A stretch of 64,000 nt of DNA from Syntrophomonadaceae bacterium (GCA_007135125.1 SLJK01000053.1:3974-67973), one strand, 5' to 3'. Positions 30,060-39,880 are shown, counted from the first letter of the stretch. The notes: a model not told the origin generated them from the letters alone. Translations and numbers: made by a program.

Positions 30060-31448
30060 CTAACGATAGGATAGAATATCGCCTTCCGCCTTTTTTCCCA
30101 CCCTAACGTTACCGTCCTTAAATTCATTGGCCAGTTTTATCCAGCGACATGAAAGAATGTCAAGGTGTTCAGCAATATCCCCTTCCAAAGTTTGTTCTGC
30201 ACCCGGATGTGTTGGAAAAGCTCCGCAATCTTTGATCATCCTTCTAAGAGATGCAGGTGCATCTATTATAGGACAGGGAGCCAGATGGTTGTCGTTAAAG
30301 GGTTGTTCTTTCTGATAAGCTTTAAAAAAAGGATTCAATAAAACCTCTTTCAGGCTTTTCCCTTTGATGTTATCTACAGCAAAATGCACAAAAGCACACG
30401 GCTCCACATCACCTGCTGCATTTATATGAAAGTATTGCCTCCCTCCGGCAATACACCCTTTTGTATACTCTCCATCGTTCCAAAAGTCTGCAATAAATAT
30501 GGGCTTGTTTTTTCTCAGTTCCCTAATCCTTTTTACCAACCAGAGCCTTTGTTCCGGCGTAATCATCAGGTCAATATTAGGGTTTCGCCCTACAGGAATA
30601 TAGTGAAAGGACCAGATATAAATAATCCCCTTCTCGATGAGAAAATCAATAAATTCATCGCTGAAAAGCTCATATACATTTTTCGTGGTAACTGTTAGTG
30701 AAGCTCCGCTAAAAACCCCTCTTTCACGCAGGAGATCCATTGAATTGATCGCCTTATCAAAAGTACCCGCTCCCCTGCGAGCGTCAGTGCTATCACGCCA
30801 ACCTTCAAGACTTATGGTAGGCGTGAGGTTAGCCAGTTCCGCAAGACGATCTGCCGTTTTTTCATCAATCAGTGTTCCATTAGTATATACCATGAATACT
30901 GAATCTGTATGCTCAGCAGCTATTTCCAGCAGGTACGGATAGCAAAAAGGTTCTCCTCCTGAAAGAACAATCCAGTGTATACCCAGTTCCCTCGCTTCTG
31001 TTATAATGCGGTTTAAAAGCTCTGGTTCCAGGCGGTCAACCTTGTTGTATTCACCAGCCCAGCAACCCTCACAGCGCAGATTGCAGGCGGAAGTAGGATC
31101 AATCAGAATTAAGCAGGGAACGGAAACACCCATTTCACTGGATATTTTTTCCCTTTTGGAACGGCCCAGAAAGGTGCCATTTATTACCCAGGAATTGATG
31201 GCATTAGATAACATCCTAGGATTACAAACGATTCGCTGTGCCTGTTCCATAACAGGTAAATTATCTTGGAAATGATTTTTTAAGGATCTCACAATATTAA
31301 TATGCTCAGGAATTACAGCTACCTTTTCCAAAAAATTTAATATAGTAAATATATTTTTTTGCGGTTCCCTGGAAATATAACCGATAGCCTTCTCTACAGC
31401 ATACTCAGCAGCCTGCTTCTTAACCGATTCGAATGCCACCTTCCTCAT
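30060..31448 (-). CDS. Radical SAM protein with SPASM/twitch domain, function unknown
   Basis: CNLRCEGC; CIAGGRQYFHINAAGDVEPC...CPIID. Confidence 0.88.
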   Translation of the reverse strand: MRKVAFESVKKQAAEYAVEKAIGYISREPQKNIFTILNFLEKVAVIPEHINIVRSLKNHFQDNLPVMEQAQRIVCNPRMLSNAINSWVINGTFLGRSKREKISSEMGVSVPCLILIDPTSACNLRCEGCWAGEYNKVDRLEPELLNRIITEARELGIHWIVLSGGEPFCYPYLLEIAAEHTDSVFMVYTNGTLIDEKTADRLAELANLTPTISLEGWRDSTDARRGAGTFDKAINSMDLLRERGVFSGASLTVTTKNVYELFSDEFIDFLIEKGIIYIWSFHYIPVGRNPNIDLMITPEQRLWLVKRIRELRKNKPIFIADFWNDGEYTKGCIAGGRQYFHINAAGDVEPCAFVHFAVDNIKGKSLKEVLLNPFFKAYQKEQPFNDNHLAPCPIIDAPASLRRMIKDCGAFPTHPGAEQTLEGDIAEHLDILSCRWIKLANEFKDGNVRVGKKAEGDILSYR

Positions 31449-31544
31449 CCTCCTTCTTTGCTGTTTTACATTTGCTATTTACTCAACCGAAAAGTCTTCT
31501 AGATCGTTTAGCAATCCAAACTTCGGGGCAACATCAAAAAAATT

Positions 31545-31979
31545 TCACTTATTATCTCGACATTGTTCACAATAACCAAAAAAACGAGTGGAGGAAGAAA
31601 CCACCAGAAAGTTTGTCTTACCATGCGATGGAGGAGTTACATTCCTTGAGTCTGATTCCAATATTTTACCGCAAGAAAGACAGATGAGGTGATTATGCCG
31701 GCCATCTCTTTTGAGTTCATAGCGGATGCGGCCATCCTCCAGAACTAGGGATTGTACGATAGAAAGCCTGGAGAAAAGCTCTAATGTTCGGTAGACCGTG
31801 GCTAACCCAAGTTGGGGACAATTATTTTTAGCTATACGGTATATTTCTTCCGCAGTTAGATGCTCTTCCTCTTTGCTGCCATATAGAACAAGCAGAACAG
31901 ATTTACGTTGAGGAGTAAGACGAAATTTGCTTTCTACAAGTTTTTCTGTCCCTGGAATTTTTTCGCAACGTGAAGACAT
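31545..31979 (-). CDS. Fur-family transcriptional regulator (divergent C-domain)
   Basis: RLTPQR, HLTAEEIY, GLATVYRTL, HNHLICLSCG, GYCEQC. Confidence 0.88.
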   Translation of the reverse strand: MSSRCEKIPGTEKLVESKFRLTPQRKSVLLVLYGSKEEEHLTAEEIYRIAKNNCPQLGLATVYRTLELFSRLSIVQSLVLEDGRIRYELKRDGRHNHLICLSCGKILESDSRNVTPPSHGKTNFLVVSSSTRFFGYCEQCRDNK

Positions 31980-32069
31980 AAATTTAATCCTCCCTGCTTA
32001 TATAGCTTGATCCTACCGAACAATAGAGCTAGTAAAAAATTGCTTTTCTTAGATTTACTGATAGGAATA

Positions 32070-32116
32070 GGTGACTGTTCAATCATCTTGGCTTCGATTA
32101 TGATAGAACAGTCACC
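32070..32116 (-). terminator. Stem-loop after the first DUF5320-like gene
   Basis: ggtgactgttc-a-atcat ... atgat-a-gaacagtcacc. Confidence 0.55.
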
Positions 32117-32156
32117 CAGGCAACATTCATTTATAATTTCTCAAATTACAGTAGGA

Positions 32157-32429
32157 TTAATCTTCATAATATTTAGCTACGTCTTCTAAATTATTTTCCA
32201 ACATTCTTAGCTGCTCTCTGAAATATTTTGCCTTTTCTTCTAGTAATCTTTTTTCTCCAACTGCTCTGCTACCGTAAAACAATGGTGTGCGGTATCCAGG
32301 CTTCCACCAACGCCTGCGCCCCTGCACAGGGTTGGCAAAGCCTGGCATTGGATATCCTGCACAGTAACCTGCAAACCTTCCTTTCCCAGAGCCAGACCCT
32401 AAGGGCCCTGTACCATCTCCACCAGGCAT
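32157..32429 (-). CDS. DUF5320-like small protein
   Basis: MPGGDGTGPLG..G.G..GYC N-terminus and C-terminal coiled coil. Confidence 0.8.
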   Translation of the reverse strand: MPGGDGTGPLGSGSGKGRFAGYCAGYPMPGFANPVQGRRRWWKPGYRTPLFYGSRAVGEKRLLEEKAKYFREQLRMLENNLEDVAKYYED

Positions 32430-32480
32430 TCTCTAATCCCTCCTTTTTTTGTTATGTTCGAAGTACTCTGCACAAACATT

Positions 32481-32614
32481 TTGGACTTATATTCATATTA
32501 ATATTAAACAATATATTGGACATATGTCAATTTCTATTAAAGGCTGAATAATTGTATAAGAAGCGCTTAGAACAAATAAGCAGCAATTTTTAATGATAAT
32601 GAGAATCTTTCTCT
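32481..32614 (-). promoter_or_regulatory. Promoter with GACATATGTC-type operators and upstream Fur-like box (copy 1)
   Basis: TTGACA -35 overlapping the palindrome at 32519-32528; second site at 32481-32495; tgataatgagaatctttctct at 32594-32614. Confidence 0.65.
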
Positions 32615-32694
32615 ACGATACGGTATACTTCTTATGATGTTAATAAGATTTAAGCAAAATCATAATTACACTATGAATAGCACTTAGGTTAAAA

Positions 32695-33303
32695 TTAAAC
32701 ATAGTAAATGTTGTCTGCCAATTCAATACATTCTTCTGAATCGTGTGTAACATAAAGGGTCGTCAGTATTAACTTCCTTTGCAGCCTCTTAAATTGACGC
32801 CTGAGTCGAATAACAATATTTTCATCGAGGCTGTTTAAAGGCTCGTCCATCAACAAAACACCTGGACGTGGAGCAAACGTTCTTGCTAATGCTACCCTCC
32901 GCTTTTCTCCACCGCTTAAATTTTGCGGGTAGCGATTTTCCAGGTGGGTGATTTCAAAAAGTTCCATCAATTCATCTACCTGTTCCTTTATTTTCTCTGG
33001 GGGAATTTTTTTTATTTTCAAACCGTAAGCAATATTATTGAAAACAGATAGGTGCGGGAACAAATGGAGGCCCTGGAACAGGTAACCAATATTTCTTTTT
33101 TGGGGTGGAACACAATCCATAGGTACATCGTTAAAAAAAACATACCCTTCATAAGCAATCAACCCTGCAACGATATTAAGCAAAGTCGTTTTGCCTGATC
33201 CTGTAGGGCCATAAATAACCCGCAATTCACCACGGTCAACCTTTAAAGAATAAGAACGTTCTACAAAACTTGGTTTAGCGTCGCATACTTTTATTTCAGG
33301 CAT
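32695..33303 (-). CDS. ABC transporter ATP-binding protein (short, ModC/PotA-like, no TOBE domain)
   Basis: GPTGSGKT, LSGGE, LLMDEP, VTHD. Confidence 0.88.
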   Translation of the reverse strand: MPEIKVCDAKPSFVERSYSLKVDRGELRVIYGPTGSGKTTLLNIVAGLIAYEGYVFFNDVPMDCVPPQKRNIGYLFQGLHLFPHLSVFNNIAYGLKIKKIPPEKIKEQVDELMELFEITHLENRYPQNLSGGEKRRVALARTFAPRPGVLLMDEPLNSLDENIVIRLRRQFKRLQRKLILTTLYVTHDSEECIELADNIYYV

Positions 33304-34063
33304 CCGGGTTCCTCCATTTAGAAGTTAACTTATTTTCTATCAATAGAAATATTTTTTCTGAACAGAAACACAACAAAGATAAAATTAGTAAGCAAACAAT
33401 AATAATGTCGACTCTCAGTAAGCTTTCACCTTTCATTAATAATGATCCTAAACCAGTGGATATGGCTACCATTTCTGCAGCAATAATTACTCGCCAAGCC
33501 ATGCCGGCTTCCAGTTTTAAGCCCGTAAAAATGTTGGGTAATGCCAGCGGAAGCACTATGGTGGTTAAAACCTGCCACTCTGAAGCCCCCAGCATTTTTG
33601 ATGCTTTGACCAAACTTAGATCAACACTTTTCACACCCGTCATAGTGTTGTAAAGCATAGGGAAAAAAGCACAAATAAAGACAATCATCACCGGCAGTAA
33701 TTCATTAATACCTATCCATAGAATAAAAAGCGGCAACCATCCAATAGCAGGGATGGGGTAAAGAATGCTAATAATTGGACTAATATTGCTTCGAATAACC
33801 TCATTCCATCCCATAGCGATTCCTAAAACTAAACCGGTACAAGCTCCCAAGAAAAACCCGGCTGCCACTCTTAAAAAACTTGCCTTTACATGGTTAAATA
33901 GCAAACCTTCGCTTACTAGTAAACAAAAACACTTAAACACCTGTGAAGCAGGTGGAAATAAACTTTGATCTGGGAAAAAGTATCGTGAGCTAATTTCCCA
34001 GACGATAAACAGGAGAATAACAGGTTTAAGTGTATTTAAGTAAGAAATAATTATTTTAGCCAC
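33296..34063 (-). CDS. ABC transporter permease (SsuC/NitT-like)
   Basis: PIPAIGWLP, EAA-loop equivalent KASKMLGAS, AWRVIIAAEM. Confidence 0.88.
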   Translation of the reverse strand: MAKIIISYLNTLKPVILLFIVWEISSRYFFPDQSLFPPASQVFKCFCLLVSEGLLFNHVKASFLRVAAGFFLGACTGLVLGIAMGWNEVIRSNISPIISILYPIPAIGWLPLFILWIGINELLPVMIVFICAFFPMLYNTMTGVKSVDLSLVKASKMLGASEWQVLTTIVLPLALPNIFTGLKLEAGMAWRVIIAAEMVAISTGLGSLLMKGESLLRVDIIIVCLLILSLLCFCSEKIFLLIENKLTSKWRNPDA

Positions 34064-34075
34064 GAAAGCACCTAT

Positions 34076-35083
34076 TTAAAAATTTTGAAAAAGAATTTCT
34101 TCTGCAGGAAAGGAGCTTTGAATATAATCCAAGGTTTCCAGGTAATCTATAGCTTCCTGAATTTCTTCGTGCTGCAGCTTTACACAATATTTATGATTGG
34201 TCAACGCTTTTTCCAAAATAGCAAGTGTAAATCTATAATTATCCCGGGGGAAAGCGTCACCTGTTTGTTCAATTATACCCGATGTTACATTAAGGTGATT
34301 GAAAATGATCTCGGCTGTTTCATGTGGATTATCATTAACCCAAGCAGTTGCCTTTGCGTTTACCTGTAGCATTTTTTCTACCAAGTCTGGATTTTCTTTA
34401 ATTAATTCATCTTTAACCACAAGGACACTGCCTTGCATTTCAGGCCATATTTCTGCGCCAGAAATAAACATTTTAAATCCACAGGCTTCGGCCAATGAAG
34501 CATAATGCTCAGGCAACATTACTACATCCAGATCACCTTTAATAAACAAAAGTATCTGTTTATGAGGGGTTAATCGTGATATATTTTCCAAGACTCTTTC
34601 TCTATCAAGATCGTGTTTTTCAATAAGGAGGTGAAGAGCTACATCTGCGGCACTGCCTTCCCTGGGACATCCTATACGAATATCTTTTTTCTCTAAATCG
34701 TTTAAAGTCTTGATTTCTGTTGGATTAACCACCATTCCATATCCATATTTATGAGTACCAGCAATAATTTTCAGATCAACCCCGCCATTAGCATAAGCTA
34801 TAATAGCCGGAGTCAGGCAAATATAAGCAGCCTGTACCTCCCCGCGGGTCAGTGCTGCAGCAAGTGCCAAACCCGTTTCATAGGTTTCATATGTGCCAAC
34901 ATTTATGCCTTCTTCTGCGAACCAGTTCTTTTCTAACGCAATAAAAGCAGCAGCAGCATGACTGTTCTGCTCCAGAGCTAGTCCAATTTCCCCCTGTTTC
35001 TCTCGGCATCCGGAAAAGACAAGAAAACTGTTCAACAACAATAACAATATTATAAATGATGCACTTTTTTTGACAAAAACCAC
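34076..35083 (-). CDS. ABC substrate-binding lipoprotein (SsuA/NMT1-like)
   Basis: Lipobox VFSGC; overall NitT/TauA-type pattern; operon context. Confidence 0.82.
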   Translation of the reverse strand: MVFVKKSASFIILLLLLNSFLVFSGCREKQGEIGLALEQNSHAAAAFIALEKNWFAEEGINVGTYETYETGLALAAALTRGEVQAAYICLTPAIIAYANGGVDLKIIAGTHKYGYGMVVNPTEIKTLNDLEKKDIRIGCPREGSAADVALHLLIEKHDLDRERVLENISRLTPHKQILLFIKGDLDVVMLPEHYASLAEACGFKMFISGAEIWPEMQGSVLVVKDELIKENPDLVEKMLQVNAKATAWVNDNPHETAEIIFNHLNVTSGIIEQTGDAFPRDNYRFTLAILEKALTNHKYCVKLQHEEIQEAIDYLETLDYIQSSFPAEEILFQNF

Positions 35084-35105
35084 GGCACCTTTCCCCCTCC
35101 GTTAA

Positions 35106-35849
35106 TTAAGTACTCAATGGACAGAACCAAGACAATTTCAGTAGCCGCGATGAGCCTGCAATCGTTGTTCCGTAATAAATTATTTTCTCCTTATCCATAA
35201 ACATGTTGATAGTTCTGTTGGTAAGGACAGTGCCGGTGACCAAAGCCAGGTCACACCACTCCAGGTTTTCAGAAGTAGAAGCTTCTCCTTCCACAGAAAC
35301 CTGCCCAACTTTCTTTCCCCAGTTTTCCCTATCGAGATCGTTAATGCGCAGCGGGAAATTAACTTCCAGAACTTCCGCCATTCGCGGTTGAAAACCCACC
35401 AGGCTGATCTTTGGATGAACCAGGTGACAATAATTTTTCAGATATACCGGTAATTCACGGGCACATGACTGGGGCTGCTCATTTTTGCAATGCTCGCTGG
35501 CCGGGATCAATCTCAGGTATCGCATAGTAGCGTTTAAAGCAGCTATAAAAATGGTTATTTCTTGGCTGTTATGTAAGGGAAGCTTCAAAACTTGGGAAAG
35601 GCTCCCATGAAAACTACCTACACTACTGCTGTATGCCTGTCCTGCTACTCCCTTAAAGACAGCCTCTGTTAAGGATTCTTTGCCTTTTAATAAAGCATAG
35701 TCTTTCTCCTTTGGGTTACCAAGGGCTTGCTCGGGAGAAAGTGGGCGAGCCGTGATTTTTACCTGGTCCTCAAAAAGATTGTTATCGATGAGGATATTTT
35801 TCCACGTTGACCATAGTTTTTTATATATATCTGTTTCTGTAAAGAACAT
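35106..35849 (-). CDS. DUF364-like Rossmann-fold protein
   Basis: EQALGNP..DYALLKGKE, AALNA, WCDLALVTGT...N.T, YGTTIAG. Confidence 0.7.
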   Translation of the reverse strand: MFFTETDIYKKLWSTWKNILIDNNLFEDQVKITARPLSPEQALGNPKEKDYALLKGKESLTEAVFKGVAGQAYSSSVGSFHGSLSQVLKLPLHNSQEITIFIAALNATMRYLRLIPASEHCKNEQPQSCARELPVYLKNYCHLVHPKISLVGFQPRMAEVLEVNFPLRINDLDRENWGKKVGQVSVEGEASTSENLEWCDLALVTGTVLTNRTINMFMDKEKIIYYGTTIAGSSRLLKLSWFCPLST

Positions 35850-35913
35850 AGCTAAGAACCTCCTGTTTTTATTTGAAATTTGAAATATCAGTTAATAATT
35901 GAATATCATAAAG

Positions 35914-35937
35914 CGTTATACTTAGTTTAATATAACG
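35914..35937. promoter_or_regulatory. ModE-type operator
   Basis: CGTTATA-N10-TATAACG perfect palindrome 65 bp upstream of the DUF364 gene. Confidence 0.6.
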
Positions 35938-36050
35938 AATTGCAAAAAAAACACGGTAATGCTTAACTTTTCTTTTTTCTATAAAACTTTTCTATAAAAC
36001 ACAAAAAAACCCTTACGGGACATAAAGAAAATATTTATACAAAAAGAGCA

Positions 36051-36920
36051 TCAGATTGCTAAATATTTTTTGACCTGCTCCCAAGTTTCGTTAATTCTCT
36101 TTGCTGCAGGACTATCCCCGTATTCCACAACTGATACACCTTGGAGCATTGCTTCCGTAACCTTCCTATCCAAAGGAACTTTACCTGCTACGGGCACTTC
36201 AGCGGAATTACAGTACTCTTCTATCTTGTATGTATTCTCTTCGTCCAAATCATAGCGATTAATACAGACCAGTGCAGGTACTTTAAAATGCCTGCAAACT
36301 GCCAGCACACGCTCCATGTCATGAACTCCAGGCAAAGTAGGTTCGGTCACTACCAGTGCAACACTAACACCTGCCAAAGAGGCTATAACAGGACAGCCGA
36401 TACCTGGCGGGCCATCGGTAATAATACGCTGTTTGCTTTCTTCATTAGCAACCTCCTTGGCTTTATTCCGGACCAGGGTAACCAACTTGCCGGAATTCTC
36501 CTCCGCTATCCCGAGGCGTGCGTGCACCAAGGGGCCATGAGCAGTTTGAGAAATAAACCACTGCCCTGAAATCACCTCTTCATAAACTATAGCTTCTTCA
36601 GGACAGGAATGGTAGCAAACACCGCATCCTTCGCAGGAAAGGAGATCAACATCGTAAGCATTCGAAATTGCATCAAAACGACAAAGTTCACGGCACAAAT
36701 TACAGCCCGTGCACTTATCATGATTAATAAATGCTTTCTTCGAAGCCCGAAAATCATGTCGCTCCAAGAGGGCAGGATGCATTATTAGACTCAGGTTAGC
36801 AGCATCAACATCACAATCTGTAAAGACGCTATCCGTGGAAAGAGCAGCAAAACAACCCGTAATAGAAGTTTTGCCGGTGCCACCTTTTCCACTTATAACA
36901 GATATTTCTTTCATATTCAT
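36051..36920 (-). CDS. MinD-superfamily P-loop ATPase with inserted 2x[4Fe-4S] domain
   Basis: SGKGGTGKT, DCDVDA, CTGCNLC...C, CEGCGVC...C, DGPPGIGCP. Confidence 0.88.
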   Translation of the reverse strand: MNMKEISVISGKGGTGKTSITGCFAALSTDSVFTDCDVDAANLSLIMHPALLERHDFRASKKAFINHDKCTGCNLCRELCRFDAISNAYDVDLLSCEGCGVCYHSCPEEAIVYEEVISGQWFISQTAHGPLVHARLGIAEENSGKLVTLVRNKAKEVANEESKQRIITDGPPGIGCPVIASLAGVSVALVVTEPTLPGVHDMERVLAVCRHFKVPALVCINRYDLDEENTYKIEEYCNSAEVPVAGKVPLDRKVTEAMLQGVSVVEYGDSPAAKRINETWEQVKKYLAI

Positions 36921-36939
36921 TTCCCTTCCATCCTGCTTT

Positions 36940-37788
36940 TTATTTATAAAGCTTCATCCGTAACAGGATTTGATCCCACAATTCCCTGAACCGTTTTTCC
37001 CAGAATGAGGAATGCATTGCTATTGGTTCACCCCTGGCATAAAGAACAGCTAACTCTCTGTCCCAGGGAATCTGCATAAGAACAGGCAGTCCTTCTTCCC
37101 GGCAGTATCTCTCAACATCTCTATTGCCCACATCTGCCTGATTAATAAGCACACCTGCTGGAACATGAAGCTTTTTTAACATCTCCACGGCCAGTTCCAG
37201 GTCGTGAAGACCAAAGGGAGTAGGTTCCGTTACCAACAGGCAAAAATCACTTTCCCGTATTGTTTCAACTACCGGGCAGGAAGTACCAGGCGGAGCATCA
37301 ATCAGAACATGTTTTAAAGGATCAATTTTCTTTTTTAGGGCATTGATGACTGGAGGGGACATGGCCTCTCCAGGATTTAAGCTCCCTTGTAAAAAATCAA
37401 ATCCGTATGCTTTTCCCTCTTCTATCAGGCCTATACCACGAGGTACTTCTGAAATAGCTCCTTTCGGGCAAAAGTAGCTGCAGCCTCCACAGCCATGGCA
37501 AAGTTCGGGGAAAACCAGTACACTTTCTCCAAGAACTGCCAGGGCATTGAAGGCACATATCTCTGAACACCGTCCACATTTGCTGCATTTTTCTTCATTT
37601 ATCTCAGGAACTAAAATATTGACCGTTTCAGAAATATTAAAATCAGGTTTCAGAAAAATGTGCGCATTAGGTTCCTCCACATCGCAGTCTATAAACTGAA
37701 GCTCTTCCTGGCTTTGCGTCAGGGCCAGGTTAACAGCAACGGTGGTTTTCCCTGTTCCTCCTTTTCCACTGGCTATCGAAATAATCAT
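36940..37788 (-). CDS. MinD-superfamily P-loop ATPase with inserted 2x[4Fe-4S] domain
   Basis: SGKGGTGKT, DCDVEEPN, CSKCGRC, CHGCGGC, DAPPGTSCP. Confidence 0.88.
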   Translation of the reverse strand: MIISIASGKGGTGKTTVAVNLALTQSQEELQFIDCDVEEPNAHIFLKPDFNISETVNILVPEINEEKCSKCGRCSEICAFNALAVLGESVLVFPELCHGCGGCSYFCPKGAISEVPRGIGLIEEGKAYGFDFLQGSLNPGEAMSPPVINALKKKIDPLKHVLIDAPPGTSCPVVETIRESDFCLLVTEPTPFGLHDLELAVEMLKKLHVPAGVLINQADVGNRDVERYCREEGLPVLMQIPWDRELAVLYARGEPIAMHSSFWEKRFRELWDQILLRMKLYK

Positions 37789-37861
37789 TTATATCTCTCC
37801 AATTTATAGTGCTTATCATAATGCTGCAAAGTGTAAACTAGTACATCAAAAATTATGTACC

Positions 37862-37896
37862 GACCCGGGAGGCTGTGGACACTTTACTCCCGGGTC
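37862..37896 (-). other. Stem-loop directly after the second DUF5320-like gene
   Basis: gacccgggag-N15-ctcccgggtc; no U tail. Confidence 0.6.
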
Positions 37897-37902
37897 CTGA
37901 CC

Positions 37903-38220
37903 TTACTGGCTCTTCTGCTCATTTTCTAAATCAGCCAGCTTTTTTTCAATTTCCTCAAGTTCTGATCTTACGGCTTCTGCCTGCTGCTTTAGATAGTCAG
38001 CCTCTTCTTCAGGTTCAGGCTCCGGAACAAGCATCCAGGGCGGATAAGGAAAATAGCCCGCACCATACCGGTGGCATGGCCCAAACCAGCCAGGGTAAAA
38101 ACCTGCAGCAGCAGCAGCACTATTGGTATAAGCACCGCCTCTAAAGCCACCGCTTCCTGGAACCCAACCAGTGCCCCTTTTCCAAAATCCGGGGCCGTAC
38201 CAATATCTACCTCTTGGCAT
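37903..38220 (-). CDS. DUF5320-like Gly/aromatic-rich protein with C-terminal coiled coil
   Basis: GAAGGGAGG SD; EEADYLKQQAEAVRSELEEIEKKLADLE tail. Confidence 0.72.
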   Translation of the reverse strand: MPRGRYWYGPGFWKRGTGWVPGSGGFRGGAYTNSAAAAAGFYPGWFGPCHRYGAGYFPYPPWMLVPEPEPEEEADYLKQQAEAVRSELEEIEKKLADLENEQKSQ

Positions 38221-38306
38221 CGTTCTTCCCTCCCTTCAGTTAATATGTTCCCTTTCTCCCTAATTGTTTGCGCAACTTTCATTTAATACTTTTTGCCGGT
38301 CATATT

Positions 38307-39077
38307 TTACTCTTCGTGACAGTCATGAGTCCCACCATGCTGACCATGCTCACAAAGGCTTTCCCCTCCTGCCAGGCTGCCATAAAGATAGCTGTTGATA
38401 GCTTCTTCTACCGGTCCCGTAACACCGATAATTGTTTTGATCTCCTGTTCAGCAAAGAGATTCTGAGCCCGAGGACCCATTCCGCCGGCAATCACACAAT
38501 CAACACCTTTTTCCGCCAGGAAACGAGGCAAAAAGCCGGGCTGATGGCCTGGATTAAGGACGGTAGTTTTATTCGTCGCTACACCGCCTTCAATATCTAC
38601 CAGGGTATAGGCAGAGCAGCGTCCAAAATGCTGTGCTACTTCTGTTCCCTCAGTAGCGACAGCAACTTTAAGATCCTGCGAAAGGTGTTCGGTCCCCCTT
38701 CTCTCAGAGGAGGAGTCCAATCCAGCATGGGGGCTCACGGTTGCCTCGACCACCGGGCTGCAGTTCCCATGAAGGTACTGTTCCAGGGCTTCAGTTAGAG
38801 GCATTTCTGAAATTGAATAGACCTCCATCTCAGCTGATTTTAAAATGCTTGAGGCGTTAGGTCCCACATCACCTGTAAGAAGCACATCGGGTTTTTGTTC
38901 TAGCAAAAACTGTGCTGCCTTAACTCCCGCCCCACTACCCTCCACGGAGCCGGGGTTAGGCATAAAAGTCCATGTTTCTTTTTCCGTATCGAAAAAAGCA
39001 TAAAATGGGCACCTTCCGAAACGCGGTTCAAGTGAGGAGTTCTCTTCTTTACCGTTAGCACTAATAGCTATAATCAT
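38307..39077 (-). CDS. Double-domain NifB/NifX-family (orange-protein-like) cofactor-binding protein
   Basis: Two domains (PRFGRCPF...GDVGPNA; QHFGRCSAY...GGMGPRA); His/Cys tail CEHGQHGGTHDCHEE. Confidence 0.85.
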   Translation of the reverse strand: MIIAISANGKEENSSLEPRFGRCPFYAFFDTEKETWTFMPNPGSVEGSGAGVKAAQFLLEQKPDVLLTGDVGPNASSILKSAEMEVYSISEMPLTEALEQYLHGNCSPVVEATVSPHAGLDSSSERRGTEHLSQDLKVAVATEGTEVAQHFGRCSAYTLVDIEGGVATNKTTVLNPGHQPGFLPRFLAEKGVDCVIAGGMGPRAQNLFAEQEIKTIIGVTGPVEEAINSYLYGSLAGGESLCEHGQHGGTHDCHEE

Positions 39078-39079
39078 TA

Positions 39080-39880
39080 TTACATTCCTCCTGTTTGTGT
39101 TTTCATTTGATGTGATTCCAGCAATTTATGGAACAGATCACTGCTATATTCCTCTACAGAGCCACTATCACAGCATTTTGCCAGACTTTGATCAAGAGGA
39201 AGACTGGCTAAGAATGGAATACCCGTCAAACTTGCCACTTCCGCTCCTTTACTCTTACCAAATATTTCTATTTTTGTTTGACAATGGGGGCAATACTGAT
39301 AGCTCATATTTTCCACCAGGCCCAAGATTGGGATATCCATGGCACCTGCCATCTTCATGGCCTTTTTGACGACCATTATCGCCAGATCCTGGGGTGAACT
39401 AACAATAACCAACCCATCTAATGAAATGGACTGCATAACGGTGAGCGGAACATCTGACGTGCCTGGTGGTAGGTCAATAAAAAGATAATCCAACTCACCC
39501 CACTCCACTTCTCTCCAAAATTGACTTACTGTATTACCGATGAGCGGCCCGCGCCAGATAACAGGGTCATCTTCATGCATTAACAACAAATTTAATGACA
39601 TAATCTTTATACCCAGTTTACTCTGGGTAGGAGCAAGACCTTTTGCCCCGTCAGAAACCTTTAATCCAAACATTTTTGGTATACTGGGGCCGGTAATATC
39701 TGCATCCAAGATACCCACTTTATACCCGTGTTTGCTGGCACCCGCCGCTAGCAGGGCAGTTATCGAGGATTTTCCCACTCCTCCTTTCCCGCTCATAACG
39801 GCAATGACATGTTTAACATCAGGGCGGATTATTTTTTCCGGTCTTTTGCTTTCTTGATTTTGAGAAGCTTTACAATTCAC
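39080..39880 (-). CDS. Mrp/ApbC/NBP35 Fe-S carrier ATPase
   Basis: SGKGGVGKS, DADITGPS, WRGP, DLPPGT, ENMS..CPHC. Confidence 0.92.
   Translation of the reverse strand: MNCKASQNQESKRPEKIIRPDVKHVIAVMSGKGGVGKSSITALLAAGASKHGYKVGILDADITGPSIPKMFGLKVSDGAKGLAPTQSKLGIKIMSLNLLLMHEDDPVIWRGPLIGNTVSQFWREVEWGELDYLFIDLPPGTSDVPLTVMQSISLDGLVIVSSPQDLAIMVVKKAMKMAGAMDIPILGLVENMSYQYCPHCQTKIEIFGKSKGAEVASLTGIPFLASLPLDQSLAKCCDSGSVEEYSSDLFHKLLESHQMKTQTGGM

Noticed and set aside
35975..36000. 13-bp tandem repeat ttttctataaaac x2
   Set aside because: Only two low-complexity AT-rich copies with no spacer; not CRISPR, probably slippage.
37989..38282. 97-aa alternative-frame ORF overlapping the DUF5320-like gene
   Set aside because: The other frame has the SD and the family-typical coiled-coil tail.
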